Shown: piece by piece, positions 38,232 to 51,479 of the stretch | How the letters are laid out: each line of letters starts with the position of its first letter | Numbering within the stretch: position 1 is the first letter of the stretch | Origin: Pristiophorus japonicus | Taxonomy: Eukaryota | Direction of reading: 5' to 3' | Assembly: GCF_044704955.1 (NCBI RefSeq) | Contig: NC_091998.1 | Coordinates: 27,032,001 to 27,096,000 of the forward strand | Length of the DNA stretch: 64,000 bases | Program-made: the position numbers and the translations under genes | Notes under the pieces: model-generated | What the model was told of the DNA's origin: nothing | What the model saw: the letters and a program-made list of their open reading frames with translations, nothing else | Database searches by the model: none

Positions 38232-38533
38232 CTCGGACTGCCCGAACTCTTGGCCTTTTATAGGCCTCGATCCTCGACTTCCTGTTGCTCCCGACTGCCC
38301 GAACTCTTGGCCTTTGAAAGGCATCGATCCTCGACTTCCTGTTGCTCCCGACTGCCCAAACTCCTGGCCTTTAAAAGGTCTCGATCCTCGACTTCCTGTT
38401 GCTCCTGACTGCTGCTCCGGCTGCCCAAACTCCTAGCCTTTTATAGGCCTCGATCGTTGACCTCCCGCTGCTCCCGACTGCCCAAACTCCTCACCTTTTA
38501 TAGACCTCGATCCTCGACCTCCCGCTGCTCCCA
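38232..38533 (-). repeat. CR1 5' UTR tandem monomers (~57 bp x5)
   Basis: GACTGCCC(G/A)AACTC recurs at 38236, 38293 and 38350, with two further units. Confidence 0.88.
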
Positions 38534-38761
38534 ACAATGTGCCTTTGCGCTACAAAATACATTATCAGGAGCATATTGAGAAATCCTCTCTCTCTGGAAA
38601 GTTGGCAGATTTAAGCCAACACTGGTGATTAATGACCAAAAGGCACTTTGTTTTGCAGAAAACTATTTTCCAAATGAAATGTTATTCTTTACATGACATT
38701 CAATTTGTGATCCCAAGGCAGGCCTCAGCTGTGTTACTCAGTGTGATACCGCCTACACCTT

Positions 38762-39200
38762 CGCTTCGCTGGGCAGGCCACATAGTACGCATTTCAGATA
38801 CGAGACTCACTAAGAAAATGCTTTATGTGGAGCTCCTTCATGGTAAACGAGCCAAAGGAGGACTGCGGAAACGTTATAAGAACACCCTCAAAGCCGCCCT
38901 GGTAAAGTGCGACATCACCACTAACCCTGGCCACAGACCGCTCGAGGTGCAGAAAGTCCATCCGGGAGGGCGTTGAGCTCGAGGCTTGGCACAAAGAGCA
39001 TGAAGAGGTCAGGCGCTGGCAGCGGAAGGAGCGTGCGGCAAACCAGCCCTACCGACCCCTTCCCCCGACGAATGTCTGTCCCACCTATAACAGGGTCTGT
39101 GGCTCTCGTATTGGACTATTCAGCCATCAAAGAACTCACTTTGGGAGTGGAAGCGAGTCCTCCTCGATTCCAAGGGACTGCCTATGACATGATGATGATG
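38762..39200 (+). mobile_element. RTE 3' fragment
   Basis: LRWAGHIVR, GGLRKRYKNTLK and GGGACTGCCTATGA tail. Confidence 0.85.
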
Positions 39201-39825
39201 CCACCATGAGTAAATAGTCCTTGCAGTACCAAGCACCCAGAACCCTATCTTTAATTTACTCAGGCACTCTGTGTATGGGTAGCACTGAACTACACATCCA
39301 CATCAAATCTCCATTCCAATTTTTCCCCCTTATCTCATTAAAAAGGTGCTAACTTGTGCTGGGGTACAAGTGCCAACCTCCTTCTGGTACCTCAGCAAAG
39401 TGAGTTCATGCTTAATTTGTGAGCTGAATATCAAGAGGCTATTCAACTGCAGACATCATCACAGAACAGCCCAATCCTATCCTCACAAACCTCCAAATGT
39501 ACGTACTTACGCTCGTCATCAGGAATGGGAACCTTTGCCCAGGATATACTACATCTACTATGGTCCTCTTTGACTGTGAACCCTGGGCCCACCTGGTCAG
39601 TATGGCTCAGTTCCACAAAAGACAGTGAATTACCAACTCAGCCATCATGAGAACCAGTCACTTAAAATCTCTGAAGCATTTTTTATGTGGGAGGTATTGG
39701 AAGTTTGAAGGAATACAGAATATTTTTCTCCTAAGTGACATTAAAAACAACTTTTAAAAAAAGAGTCTCCTGCTTACGGAAACCGTCTTATATTCAAAAC
39801 GAAAGAAAAGTCTTCCATTTATATA

Positions 39826-40184
39826 CCGGGTTGAACCTTCCTTATCCGGAACCCACGGGACCTGGCCTGTTTTGGACAAGGGATTTTTCTGCACGAGGAG
39901 TGGTCACGTTAAATTGGATGGTATAGGTACTAAGCAAGAGTATATCGGGGCTGGCTGGCTTGGGGCTGAGAGTGCGGCACAGAGATCATGGCGGTGGGGG
40001 GGGGGGGGGGGGGGGGGGGGATGGATCACGGGGTCAGGCCAGCGATTGCGGGAATCGGCAGCAAGGAAGGACTTCAATTTGTTCATGTCGGAGTTCTGCG
40101 CATGCGCCACCCGGTGACCGGGAATGGTTCCGGACGAGGGGTGGTTGCGGATAAGGGAGTTCTGGATAAGAGAGGTTCAACCTG
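39826..40184. mobile_element. Tc1/mariner-pogo-type MITE inserted in a SINE tail
   Basis: ~28-bp imperfect TIRs (CAGGTTGAACCTCTCTTATCCAGAAC type) with TA on both sides. Removing it restores catttatatagcgcctttcacgacc. Confidence 0.85.
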
Positions 40185-40590
40185 TAGCGCCTTTCACGAC
40201 CACTGGACATCCTAAAGCGCTTTACAGCCAATTTTGAAGTGTAGTCACTGTTGGAACGCAAGAAACGCAGCAGCTAATTTGCACTTAGCAAGCTCCCACA
40301 AACAGCAATGTGATAATGGCCAGATAGTCTTTTTTTAAAGTGCTGTTGATTGAGGGATAATTATTGGCCAGGACATCGGGAATAACTCCCCTGTTCTTCT
40401 TCGAAATAGTGCCATGGGATCTTTTACCTTCACCCAAGAGAGCAGATGGGGCCTCAGTTTAACGTCTCATTCAAACGGCGGCATCTGGAGTGTGAGCCTA
40501 GAATTTTGTGCTCAAGTCTCTGGAGTGGGAATTAAACCCACAACTTTCTGACTCAGAGGCAAGAGTGCGACCCACTGAGCCACGGCTGAC
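40185..40590 (-). mobile_element. tRNA-derived SINE, DeuSINE-like
   Basis: Reverse complement of the same family, with an L2-like tail. Confidence 0.8.
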
Positions 40591-40855
40591 ACCAGAAAAC
40601 AGAAGCAGAAAGAGATCAGTTCTATTTATGTTGGAATAATGTAATTATATTTAAACATTACACTCAAAATATAATTGTTTCAGCACAACCAATAAGGCAG
40701 CATATTGCTCACCAATATAAGTAAAGCCAGTCACCAAGCTTTGCTGAAGTAAATTTCTATTAGACTCGCTTCTCCTACAAATATTGTGAAATGTTATTAC
40801 AGCTCTGATTTCCATTGTTCGACATAATATAATCCATTTTGCTGAAATAAACTCA

Positions 40856-41023
<168 letters not shown>

Positions 41024-41099
41024 TTAACCTTTCACCCTCTCTTTTTCAAAAAAAAGCGGCTCCCCCATTCCTGTCTGAGAAAAGCTATATCCAGGCTAT

Positions 41100-41526
41100 G
41101 CAACAACAACTTGTATTTCTATAGCGCCTTTAATGTAGTAAAATGCTTCACATGACCGTTATAAAACAAAATTTGACAGTAAGCCACAAAAGGCGATATT
41201 AGGGCAGATGCTTGATCATGAGGTAGGTTTTAAGGAGCATCTGAAAGGAGTAAAGAGAGCTACAGAGGCGGAGAGGTTTAGGGATAGAATTCCAGAGCTT
41301 AGGGCCTTGGCAGCTAAAGGGACAGACACCAATGGCGGAGCAATTAAAATCAGGGTGCTCAAGAGGCCAGAATTGGGCAAGCACAGGCATCTCAGAGGGT
41401 AGCGGGGCTGGAGGAGGTTACAGAGATAGAGGGAGGCACGGAAGGATTTGAAAACAAGGATGAGAATTTTTAAACCAAGGTGTTGCTTAACGGGAGCCAA
41501 GGTAGGCCAACGAGCACAGGCGTTAT
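41100..41526 (-). mobile_element. L2 3' fragment, continuing at 48685-48800
   Basis: PVKQHLGLKILILVFK motif and the same tail as the 8859 copy. Confidence 0.8.
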
Positions 41527-42967
41527 AGAAACATAGAAATTAGGTGCAGGAATAGGCCATTCGGCCCTTCGAGCCTGCACCGCCATTCAATAAGATCACA
41601 GCTGATCATTCAACCTCAGTACCCCTTTCCTGCTTTCTCTCCATATCCCTTGATCCCTTTGGCCGTAAGGGCCATATCTAACCCTTTTGAATTTATCTAA
41701 CAAACTGGCCTCAACAACTTTCTGCGGAAGAGAATTCCACAGGCTAACCACTCTCTGGGTGAAGAAGTTTCTCCTCATCTCGGTCCTAAATGGCTTACCC
41801 CTTATTCTTAAACTGTGACCCCTGGTCTGGAACTCCCAAACAACGGGAACATTCTTCCTGCCTCTAACCTGTCCAATCCCGTCAGAATTTTATATGTTTC
41901 TATGAAATCCTCTCTCATTCTTCTAAACTCCAGTGGATACAAGCCCAGTTGATCCAGTCTCTCCTCATATGTCGGTCCTGCCATCCCGGGAATCAATCTG
42001 GTGAACCTTCGCTGTACTCCCACAACAGCAAGAACGTCCTTCCTCAGATTAGGAGACCAAAACTGAACACGATATTCCAGGTGTGGACTCACCAAGGCCC
42101 TGTACAACTGCAGTAAGACCTTACTGCTCCTATACTCAAATCTTCCAGCTATGAAGGCCAACATGTCATTTGTCTTCTTCACCGCCTGCTGTACCTGCAT
42201 GCCAACTTTCAATGACTGATGTACCATGACACCCAGGTCTTGTTGCACCTTCCCTTTTCCTAATCTGTCACCATTCAGATAATATTGTGTCTTCCTGTTT
42301 TTGCCACCAAAGTGGATAACCTCACATTTATCCACATTATACTGCATCTGCCATGCATTTGCCCACTCACCTAACCTGTCCAAGTCACCCTGCAGCCTCT
42401 TAGCATCCTCCTCACAGCTCACATCGCCACCCAGCTTAGTGTCATCAGCAAACTTGGAGATATTACATTCAATTCCTTCATCTAAATCATTAATGTATAT
42501 TGTAAATAGCTGGGGTCCCAGCACTGAACCCTGCGACATCCCACTGGTCACTGCCTGCCATTCTGAAAAGGACCTGTTTATTCCGACTCTCTGCTTCCTG
42601 TCTGCCAACCAGTTCTCTATCCACGTCAGTACATTACACCCAATACCATGTGCTTTAACTTTGCACACTAATCTCTTATGTGGGACCTTGTCAAAAGCCT
42701 TTTGAAAGTCCAAATACACCACATCCACTGGTTTTCCCTTGTCCACTCTGCTAGTTACATCTTCAAAAAATTCTAGATTTGTCAAGTATGATTTCCCTTT
42801 CATAAATCCATGCTGACTTGGACCAATCCTGTCACTGCTTTCCAAATGTGCTGCTATTACATCTTTAATAATTGATTCCAACATTTTTCCCCACTACCGA
42901 TGTCAGGCAAATCAGTCTATAATTCCCTGTTTTCTCTCTCCCTCCTTTTTTAAAAAGTGGTGTTACA

Positions 42968-45900
42968 AAAAGCGGCAGTTGGGGAGAGGCGGGAGCGGCC
43001 TATAAAAGGTCCAGCGGGAGCTCGAGAGCCAGCGGCAGTTGGTGAGAGGCGGGAGCGGCCTATAAAATGCGTACCGGTGCAGCTACAGCGGGAGAGAAAG
43101 CAAAAAAGAAGTAGAAAGGAATCAAAAGGTGACGTCACAGCCAATGGGGTAAGTGATCGGCTGGTGATTGGTGAGTAGCGTTTATTTTTATTTTTATATC
43201 AGTAAGTAAACTGTAACATTGTTATTACCAATTTAAGTGTATCTAAGGGTTAAGGCATGACAGGAGAGCTCGGTCACGTGATATGCTCCTCCTGTGCCAT
43301 GTGGGAACTCAGGGACACATCCGGTGTCCCTGACGACTACGTGTGTAAGAAGTGTATCCGCCTCCATCTCCTGACGGACCGCGTTGCGGAATTGGAGCTG
43401 AGGGTGGATTCACTCTGGAGCATCCACGATGCTGAGAATGACATAAGTGGCACGTGTAGTGAGTTGGTCTTACCACATGAGAAGGATCCACAGCCAGCTA
43501 GGGAATGGAAGACCAGCAGGAAGAGTAGTACAAAGAAGGTAGTGCAAGGGTCCCATCTGGTCATCCCCCTGCAAAACAGATACACTGCTTTGAGTGCTGT
43601 TGAGGGAGATGACTCATTAGGGGAGAGCAGCAGCAGCCAAGTTCATGGCACCGTGGCTGGCTCTGTTGTACAGGAGGGCATAAAAAAGAGTGGGAGAGCG
43701 ATAGTGATAGGGGATTCAATCATAAGGGGAATAGATAGGCATTTCTGCGGCCGCAATCGAGATTCCAGGGTGGTATGTTGCCTCCCTGGTGCAAGGGTCA
43801 AGGATGTCTCCGAGCGAGTGCAGGACATTCTAAAATGGGAGGGAGAACAGCCAGTTGTCGTGGTGCACATTGGTACCAACGACATAGGTTTAAAAAAAGG
43901 GATGAGGTCCTACGAGACGAATTTAAGGAGCTAGGAGTTAAATTAAAAAGTAGGACCTCAAAAGTAGTAATCTCGGGATTGCTACCAGTGCCATGTGCTA
44001 GTCAGAGTAGGAATCGCAGGATAGCACAGGCTTGAGCAGTGGTGCAACAGGGAGGGATTCAAATTCGTGGGGCATTGGAACAGGTTCTGGGGGAGGTGGG
44101 ACCAGTACAAACTGGACGGTCTGCACTTGGGCAGGAACGGAACCAATGTCCTAGGGGGAGTGTTTGCTAGTGCTGTTGGTGAGGAGTTAAACTAATATGG
44201 CAGGGGGATGGGAACCAATACAGGGAGACAGAGGGAAACAAAAAGGAGACAAAAACAAAAGACAGAAAAGAGATGAGTAAAAGTGGAGGGCAGAGAAACC
44301 AAAGGCAAGAAACAAAAAGGGCCACTGAATATAAAACTAAAAATCATGGTTTAAAAACTAGGATGAAAACACTCTACCTAAATGCACGCAGCATTCGAAA
44401 TAAAGTAAATGAGTTGACGGCACAAATCATTACAAATGGGTATGATTTGGTGGCCATTACAGAAACATGGTTGCAAGGTGGCCAAGACTGGGAATTAAAC
44501 ATACAGGGGTATCTGACGATTCAGAAAGATAGGCAAGAAGGAAAAGGAGGTGGGGTAGCTCTGTTAATAAAGGATATCAGGGCAGTTGTGAGGGATGATA
44601 TTGGCTCCAATGAACAAATGTTGAATCATTGTGGGTGGAGATTAGAGATAGTAAGGGGAAAAAGTCACTGGTCGGCGTAGTTTATAGGCCCCCAAATAAT
44701 AACTTCACGGTGGGGCGGGCAATAATCAAGGGAATAATCGAGGCATGTAAAAAGGAACGGCAGTAGTCATGGGGGATTTTAACCTACATATCGATTGGTC
44801 AAATCAAATCGCAGGGGGTAGCCTGGAGGAGGAATTCATAGAATGCATACGGGATTGTTTCTTAGAACAGTATGTAACAGAGCCTACAAGGGAGCAAGCC
44901 ATCTTGGATCTGGTCCTGTGTAACGAGACAGGAAAAATAAACGATCTCCTCGTAAAAGATTCTCTCGGAATGAGTGATCACAATATGGTTGAATTTGTAA
45001 TACAGATTGAGGATGAGGAAGTTGTGTCAGAAACGAGCGTACTATGCTTAAACAAAGGGGACTACAGTGGGATGAGGGCAGAGTTGGCTAAAGTAGACTG
45101 GAAACAAGGACTAAACGGTGGCACAATTGAGGAACAGTGGAGGACTTTTAAGGAGCTCTTTCATAGTGCGCAACAAAAATATATTCCAGTGAAAAAGGGC
45201 AGCAAGAGAAGGGATAACCAGCCGTGGATAACCAAGGAAATAAAGGAAAGTATCAAATCAAAGACCAATGCGTATAAGGTGGCCAAGGTTAGTGGGGAAC
45301 TAGAGGATTGGGAAAATTTTAAGCAACAGCAAAGAATGACTAAAAAAGCAATAAAGAAAGGGAAGATAGATTACGAAGGTAAACTTGCGCAAAACATAAA
45401 AACAGACAGTAAAAGCTTTTACAGATATATAAAATGGAAAAGAGTGACTAAAGTAAATGTTGGTCCCTTAGAAGGTGAAAAGGGGGATTTAATAATGGGA
45501 AATGTGGAAATGGCTGAGACCTTAAACAATTATTTTGCTTCCGTCTTCACAGTGGAAGACACAAAAACCATGCCAAAATTTGCAGGCCACAGGAATGTGG
45601 GAAGGGAGGACCTTGAGACAATCACTATCACTAGAGGGGTAGTGCTGGACAGGCTAATGGGACTGAAGGTAGACAGGTCCCCTGGTCCTGATGAAATGCA
45701 TCCCAGGGTATTAAAAGAGATGGCGGAAGTTATAGCAGATGCATTCGTTATAATCTACAAAATTCTCTGGACTCTGGGGAGGTACCAGCGGATTGGAGAG
45801 CAGCTAATGTAACGCCTCTGTTTAAAAAATGGGGCAGGCAAAAGGCAGGTAACTATAGGCCGGTTAGTTTAACATCTGTAGTGGGGAAAATGCTTAAAAC

Positions 45901-47845
45901 TATCATTAAGGAAGAAATAGCGGGACATCTGGATAGGAATAGTGCAATCAAGCAGACGCAGCATGGATTCGTGAAAGGGAAATCATGTTTAACTAATTTA
46001 CTGGAATTCTTTGAGGATATAACGAGCATGGTGGATAGAGGTGTACCGATGGATGTGGTGTATTTAGATTTCCAAAAGGCATTCGATAAGGTGCCACACA
46101 AAAGGTTACTGCAGAAGATAAAGGTACGCGGAGTCAGAGGAAATGTATTAGCATGGAGAGAGAATTGGCTGGCTAACAGAAAGCAGAGAGTCGGGATAAA
46201 TGGGTCCTTTTCCGGTTGGAAATCAGTGGTTAGTGGTGTGCCACAGGGATCAGTGTTGGGACCACAACTGTTTACAATATACATAGATGACCTAGAAGAG
46301 GGAACAGAGTGTAGTGCAACAAAATTTGCAGATGACACTAAGATTAGTGGGAAAGCGGGTTGTGTAGAGGACTCAGAGAGGCTGCAAGGAGATTTGGATA
46401 GGTTAAGCGAATGGGCTAAGGTTTGGCAGATGGAATACAATGTCGGAAAGTGTGAGATCATCCACCTTGGGAAAAAAAAAACAGTAAAAGGGAATATTAT
46501 TTGAATGGGGAGAAATTACAACATGCTGTGGTGCAGAGGGACCTGGGGGTCCTTGTGCATGAAACTCTTTTAGAAACTCTTTTTGGAGTTTATCTGCAAA
46601 AACAAAAGACATTAAACCGTGCCACCCTACCTGGGTGACACACCAGACATTTACAAGGCCCTTTTTTTTTCCTTTTTTTGTTTTTTTTTGTGTTTTTCTT
46701 TTTCTTTTTTTTTGGGCACTAAAATCACAATTTCTTCCCCAGTGCCCCCTATAAAAGGGAAGGGGGACACTAAAAGCACCGGCAATTAAAACAAATTAAA
46801 CTTTAAAACGTAAAATCAAATTAAAATTTGGTTGCCGGGCGTGATGATGCACTCCAGTCCCTCCGGTGCCCACCTCTCGCGGAAGGCCGCGAGCGTACCG
46901 GTGGACACCGCGTGCTCCATCTCCAAGGACACCCTGGACCGGATGTAAGAGCGGAAGAGAGGCAGGCAGTCAGGTTGAACGACCCCCTCGACCGCCCGCT
47001 GCCTGGACCGGCTGATGGCACCCTTGGCCGTGCCCAGGAGCAGTCCTACGAGGAGGCCTTCGGACCTACCCGCTCCCCTCCGCACAGGTCAGGAGAGTGG
47101 GACTGAAGTGCAGCCAGAATTTCAGGAGCAGCTCTTTTAGAATCCCAAAAGGATAGTTTGCAGGTGCAGCAGGTAATCAGGAAGGCAAATGGAATGTTGG
47201 CCTTCATTGCGAAAGGGATGGAGTACAAAAGCAGGGAGGTCTTGCTGCAACTGTACAGGGTATTGGTGAGGCCGCACCTGGAGTACTGCGTGCAGTTTTG
47301 GTCACCTTACTTAAGGAAGGATATACTAGTTTTGGAAGGGGTACAGAGACGATTCACTAGGCTGATTCCAGAAATGAGGGGGTTACCTTATGATGATAGA
47401 TTGAGTAGACTGGGTCTTTACTCCTTGGAGTTCAGAAGGATGAGGGGTGATCTTATAGAAACATTTAAAATAATGAAAGGGATAGACAAGATAGAGGCAG
47501 AGAGGTTGTTTCCATTGGTGGGGGAGACTAGAACTAGGGGGCACAGCCTCAAAATACGGAGGAGCCAATTTAAAACCGAGTTGAGAAAGAATTTCTTCTC
47601 CCAGAGGGTTGTGAATCTGTGGAATTCTCTGCCCAAGGAAGCAGTTGAGGCTAGCTCATTGAATGTTTTCAAGTCAAAGATAGATAGATTTTTAACCAAT
47701 AAGGAAATTAAGGGTTACGGGGAGAGGGCGGGTAAGTGGAGCTGAGTCCACGACCAGATCAGCCATGATCTTATTGAATGGCGGAGCAGGCTCGAGGGGC
47801 TAGATGGCCTACTCCTGTTCCTAATTCTTATGTTATGTTCTTATG
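42968..47845 (+). mobile_element. CR1 LINE, near full length, different ORF2 lineage, interrupted by a Tx1 fragment
   Basis: 5' 60-bp monomers, ORF1 from 43257, EN/RT fragments 44273-47745, (TTCTTATG)-type tail. Confidence 0.92.
46563..47140 (-). mobile_element. Tx1-like (L1 clade) retrotransposon 3' fragment
   Basis: LLLKFWLHFSPTLL...LLLGTAKGAISRSR...RVSLEMEHA...FRERW resembles a Tx1-type ORF2 C-terminus. A-rich 3' UTR. The CR1 host resumes at aatcccaaaagg. Confidence 0.75.
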
Positions 47846-48799
47846 AGCTACCCTCAACTCCATAGGAACTAATCCAGAGTCAATAGAATGTTGGAAAATG
47901 ATCACCAATGCATCCACTATTTCTAGGGCCACTTCCCCCCTTAAGTAATCTGGGATGCAGCCCATCAGGCCCTGGGGATTTATCGGCCTTCAATCCCATC
48001 AATTTCCCGAAAACAATTTCCTGACTAATAAGGATTTCCTTCAATTCCTCCTTTTCGCTAGACCCTCGAACCCCGAGTATTTCCAGAAGGTTATTTGTGT
48101 CTTCTTTAGTGAAGTCAGATCCAAAGTATTTGTTCAATTGGTCTGCCATTTCTTTGTTCCCCATTATAAATTCACCTGATTCTGACTGCAAAGGACCTAC
48201 GTTGGTCTTCACTAATCTTTTTCTCTTCACATATCTATAGAAGCTTTTGCAGTTCAGTTTTTAATGTTCCCTGCAAGCTTCCTCTCATACTCTATTTTCC
48301 CCCTCCTAATTAAACCCTTTGTCCTCCTCTGCTGAATTCTAAATTTCTCCCAGTCCTCAGGTTTGCTGCTTTTTCTGGCCAATTTATATCCCTCTTCTTT
48401 GGATTTAACACTATCCCTAATTTCCCTTGTTAGCCACAGTTGAGCTACCTTCCCAGTTTTATTTTTACTCCAGACAGGGATGTACAATTGTTGAAGTTCA
48501 TTCATGTAATCTATAAATGTCTGCCATTGCCTATCCACTGTCAACCCTTTAAGTATCATTTGCCAGTCTATCCTAGCCAATTCATGTCTCATACCATCGA
48601 AGTTACCTTTCCTTAAGTTCAGGACCCTAATCTCTGAATTAACACTGTAACTCTCCATCTTAATAAAGAATTCTACCATATTATGGGTGAACGGGACTCA
48701 GGAGGAGTCAGGACATGGGCAGCAGAGTTTTGGATGACCATAAGTTTATGGAGGGTAGAACATGGGAGGCCGGCCAAGAGTGTGTTGGAATAGTCAAGT

Positions 48800-50310
48800 C
48801 TGAGAAATCCCCAGAACCTGGTGGTATCCACCCCAGGCTTTTGAAGGAAGTAGGTGAGGAAATTGCAGATGCTTTAGCCATAATCTTCCAATGCTCGCTT
48901 TATTCAGGAATTTTCCCTTTAGATTGGAAAATTGCAAATGTAACTCCATTATTTAATGTGAGAGAGAAACCAGGAAATTTTCGATCTGTTAATCCAACAT
49001 CTGTTGTAGGAAGGTTACAGGAATCTATAATTAAGGACAGAGTGACTGAGCACTTTGAGAAATTTGAGCTGATTAGAGGGAGCCAACATGGATTTCTAAC
49101 AGCTGGGTCATGTCGAACCAACCCAATTGAATTTTTTGAGGAAGTAACTAAAGTAGTAGACAGGGGAATGTCTATTGATGTAGTTTATATAGACTTCCAG
49201 TCGGCATTTAATATGGTTGCACATAAGAGACTGTTGTCTAATATTAAGGCTCATGGGATTGAAGGCAAATTATTGACCTGGTTAGGAGATTGTGGCAGTA
49301 GGAGACAGGAAGTAAGGATAATGGGTATGTACTCATTGGAAGGAAGTAACTAGTGGTGTCCCACAAGGATTTGTGCTGGGGCCTCAACTATTCACTATAT
49401 TTATTAATGACTTAGATAACACAATAGAGAACCATATATCCAGGTTTATCGATAACACAAAGATTGGTGGCATAATAAGTAGTGTAGGTGGGAGCATAAA
49501 ATTACAAAGGCATTGATAGATTAAGGGAGTGGACAAAACTGTGGCAGATGCATTTCAATGCATGTAAGTGTGAGGTCAACAATTCACTTAAGTATTGAGT
49601 CAACAATTCAGTTGAGTATTTTCTAAACAGTGAAAAGCTAGGAACAGTGGAAGTCCAAAGACATTTAGGGGTCCATGTGCACAGATCACTAAAATGTAGT
49701 GGTCAGGTATAAAAAATAATCAAAAAGGCTAATCCAAGAAGAAGAATTTTTGCTACAGTGGTACAAAGCCCTGGTTAGACCACATCTGGAGCACTCTGTA
49801 CAGTTCTGGGCACCGCACCTTGGAAAGGATATTTTGGCCTTGGAAGGAGTGCAGTGCAGATTCACCAGAATGTTACGTGGTCTCCAAGGGTTAGATTATG
49901 AGAAAAAATTAAATAAACTAGGCCTATGTCCCCAGGAATATAGACGGTTAAGCAGTGATTTGATTGAGGTTTATAGGATTTTGGAAGGAACTGGTAGGAT
50001 AGATAGAGTGAGTGGAGAGTCCAGGACAAGGGGACATAACCTTAAAATCAGAGCCAGACCATTCAGGAGCAAAGTTAGGAAAGACTTATTTTTGAAAGGG
50101 TGGTAGAAATGTGGAACTCTCTCCCACAATAAGCAGACACTAGCTCAATTAATAATTTTAAATCTTGAGATCGCTAGATTTTTGCCAGCCAAGGGTATTG
50201 ACGGATATGGAGCCAAGGTGAGTAAATGGAGTTAGGATACAAACCAGCCATGATTTTATTGAATGGCGGAACAGGCTCGAAGGGCTGAATGGCCTAATTG
50301 TGTTCCTGCA
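48800..50310 (+). mobile_element. Old CR1 RT relic
   Basis: KSPEPGGIHPRLLKE, VVYIDFQSAF and LVRPHLE motifs with many disruptions. Confidence 0.85.
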
Positions 50311-50952
50311 TCTATCGGGGTCTGCAAACTACTAAACAATCCAGGCGAGTTCTCAGCACAAAATACCAAAGAATTACTGGAAATGAGCCTATTTATACCA
50401 TTAGATGGACAATGTCAGACAACTCACTCTGAACCTATCAATTCTGAGATTATTGTCATTTGATATTTAAATATCATAGGCTCCAACAGTAGAGGGCAAT
50501 ATCGCATCACATACATCCCATCCTCACTGGAATGCAAATGTAATTTATCCAGAAAGTAACAATTATTCATGGTTATAAACATTGCAACTTAACACTAACA
50601 GCTGAAAACTAGACACGTTGGCTCCAAACTAGCTATAATTCTTATACAAACCCTTTGATGCTTCTTAAATAGCATTAACTGGACACCTCCTGCTTATTTA
50701 GTATTCCCTGCGGAATCTTCATGCCCTAATCTAAACCGTGTCGGTCTTCATCAAAGAATACATTCTCAAAATACAAAAAGATATTAATACAGACTGCTGT
50801 ATTGTTAAGCTATTTTTCCTATTATATCCTACAGTACCCCCACCAACTGATACCAACAAACTCAGCACAAACCAGGGTTAGAACCTGGGATCAATTTTGT
50901 GTGTACAACTCAGTAACACAAAGAGCAATGGGAACAGTAGGGTAAGACTGGC

Positions 50953-51322
50953 AGCCGTGGCTCAGCAGGTAGCACTCTCGCTTCCAAGTCAGAAGGTTGT
51001 GGGTTCAAGTCCCACTACAGAGACTTGAGCACTAAAATCTAGGGTGGCACTCCGGTGCAGCACTCAGGGAGCGCTGCATTGTCAGAGGTGGCATCTTTCG
51101 GGTGAGACGTTAAACAGAGACCCTGTCTGCTCTCTGGACGTAAAAGATCCCATGGGACTATTTCAAAGAAGTAAAAAAAAATCCCATGGCACTATTTCGA
51201 AGAAGAGCAGGGGAGGCCTTCTGTGTGTCCTGGCCAATATTTATCCCTCAATCGACATCACAAAAAAAAAATTATCTGGCCATTATCAGGTTTCTGTTTG
51301 TGTTAGCTTGCTGTGCGCAAAT
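50953..51322 (+). mobile_element. tRNA-derived SINE, DeuSINE/SacSINE1-like
   Basis: Box A GTGGCTCAG..GG, box B GGTTCAAGTCC, central AAAGATCCCATGG...GTCCTGGCCAA block. Confidence 0.8.
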
Positions 51323-51479
51323 CTCTTTGGACCTCCACTGTTCTAGCTTTTAGCCATTTAAAAAATTCTGAGTTATCCTTTTTTATCCAAATTGGAATGA
51401 CCTCGCTCTTGCCGGTGTTCAAATCAGATACTTCCCTTGTGAAAGTAGGTTTTGTCTTGTTTTGTTGAGAAACCTAGAT

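Larger units (their letters stand above)
31568..38535 (-). mobile_element. CR1 LINE, near full length with 5' tandem monomers, interrupted by the Harbinger element
   Basis: Same ORF1/EN/RT motifs on the minus strand, tail at ~31568, and sequence continuous across 33468/35966. Confidence 0.92.
41527..48684 (-). mobile_element. 5'-truncated CR1 LINE split by a plus-strand CR1 (pieces 41527-42967 and 47846-48684)
   Basis: RT ORF 41808-42884. Sequence gttaca|...|agctaccc is continuous across the insertion when compared with the copy at ~32993-33008. Confidence 0.9.

Noticed and set aside
50953-51020. tRNA-like box A/B sequence
   Set aside because: It continues into a SINE body found several times in the window, so it is not a tRNA gene.
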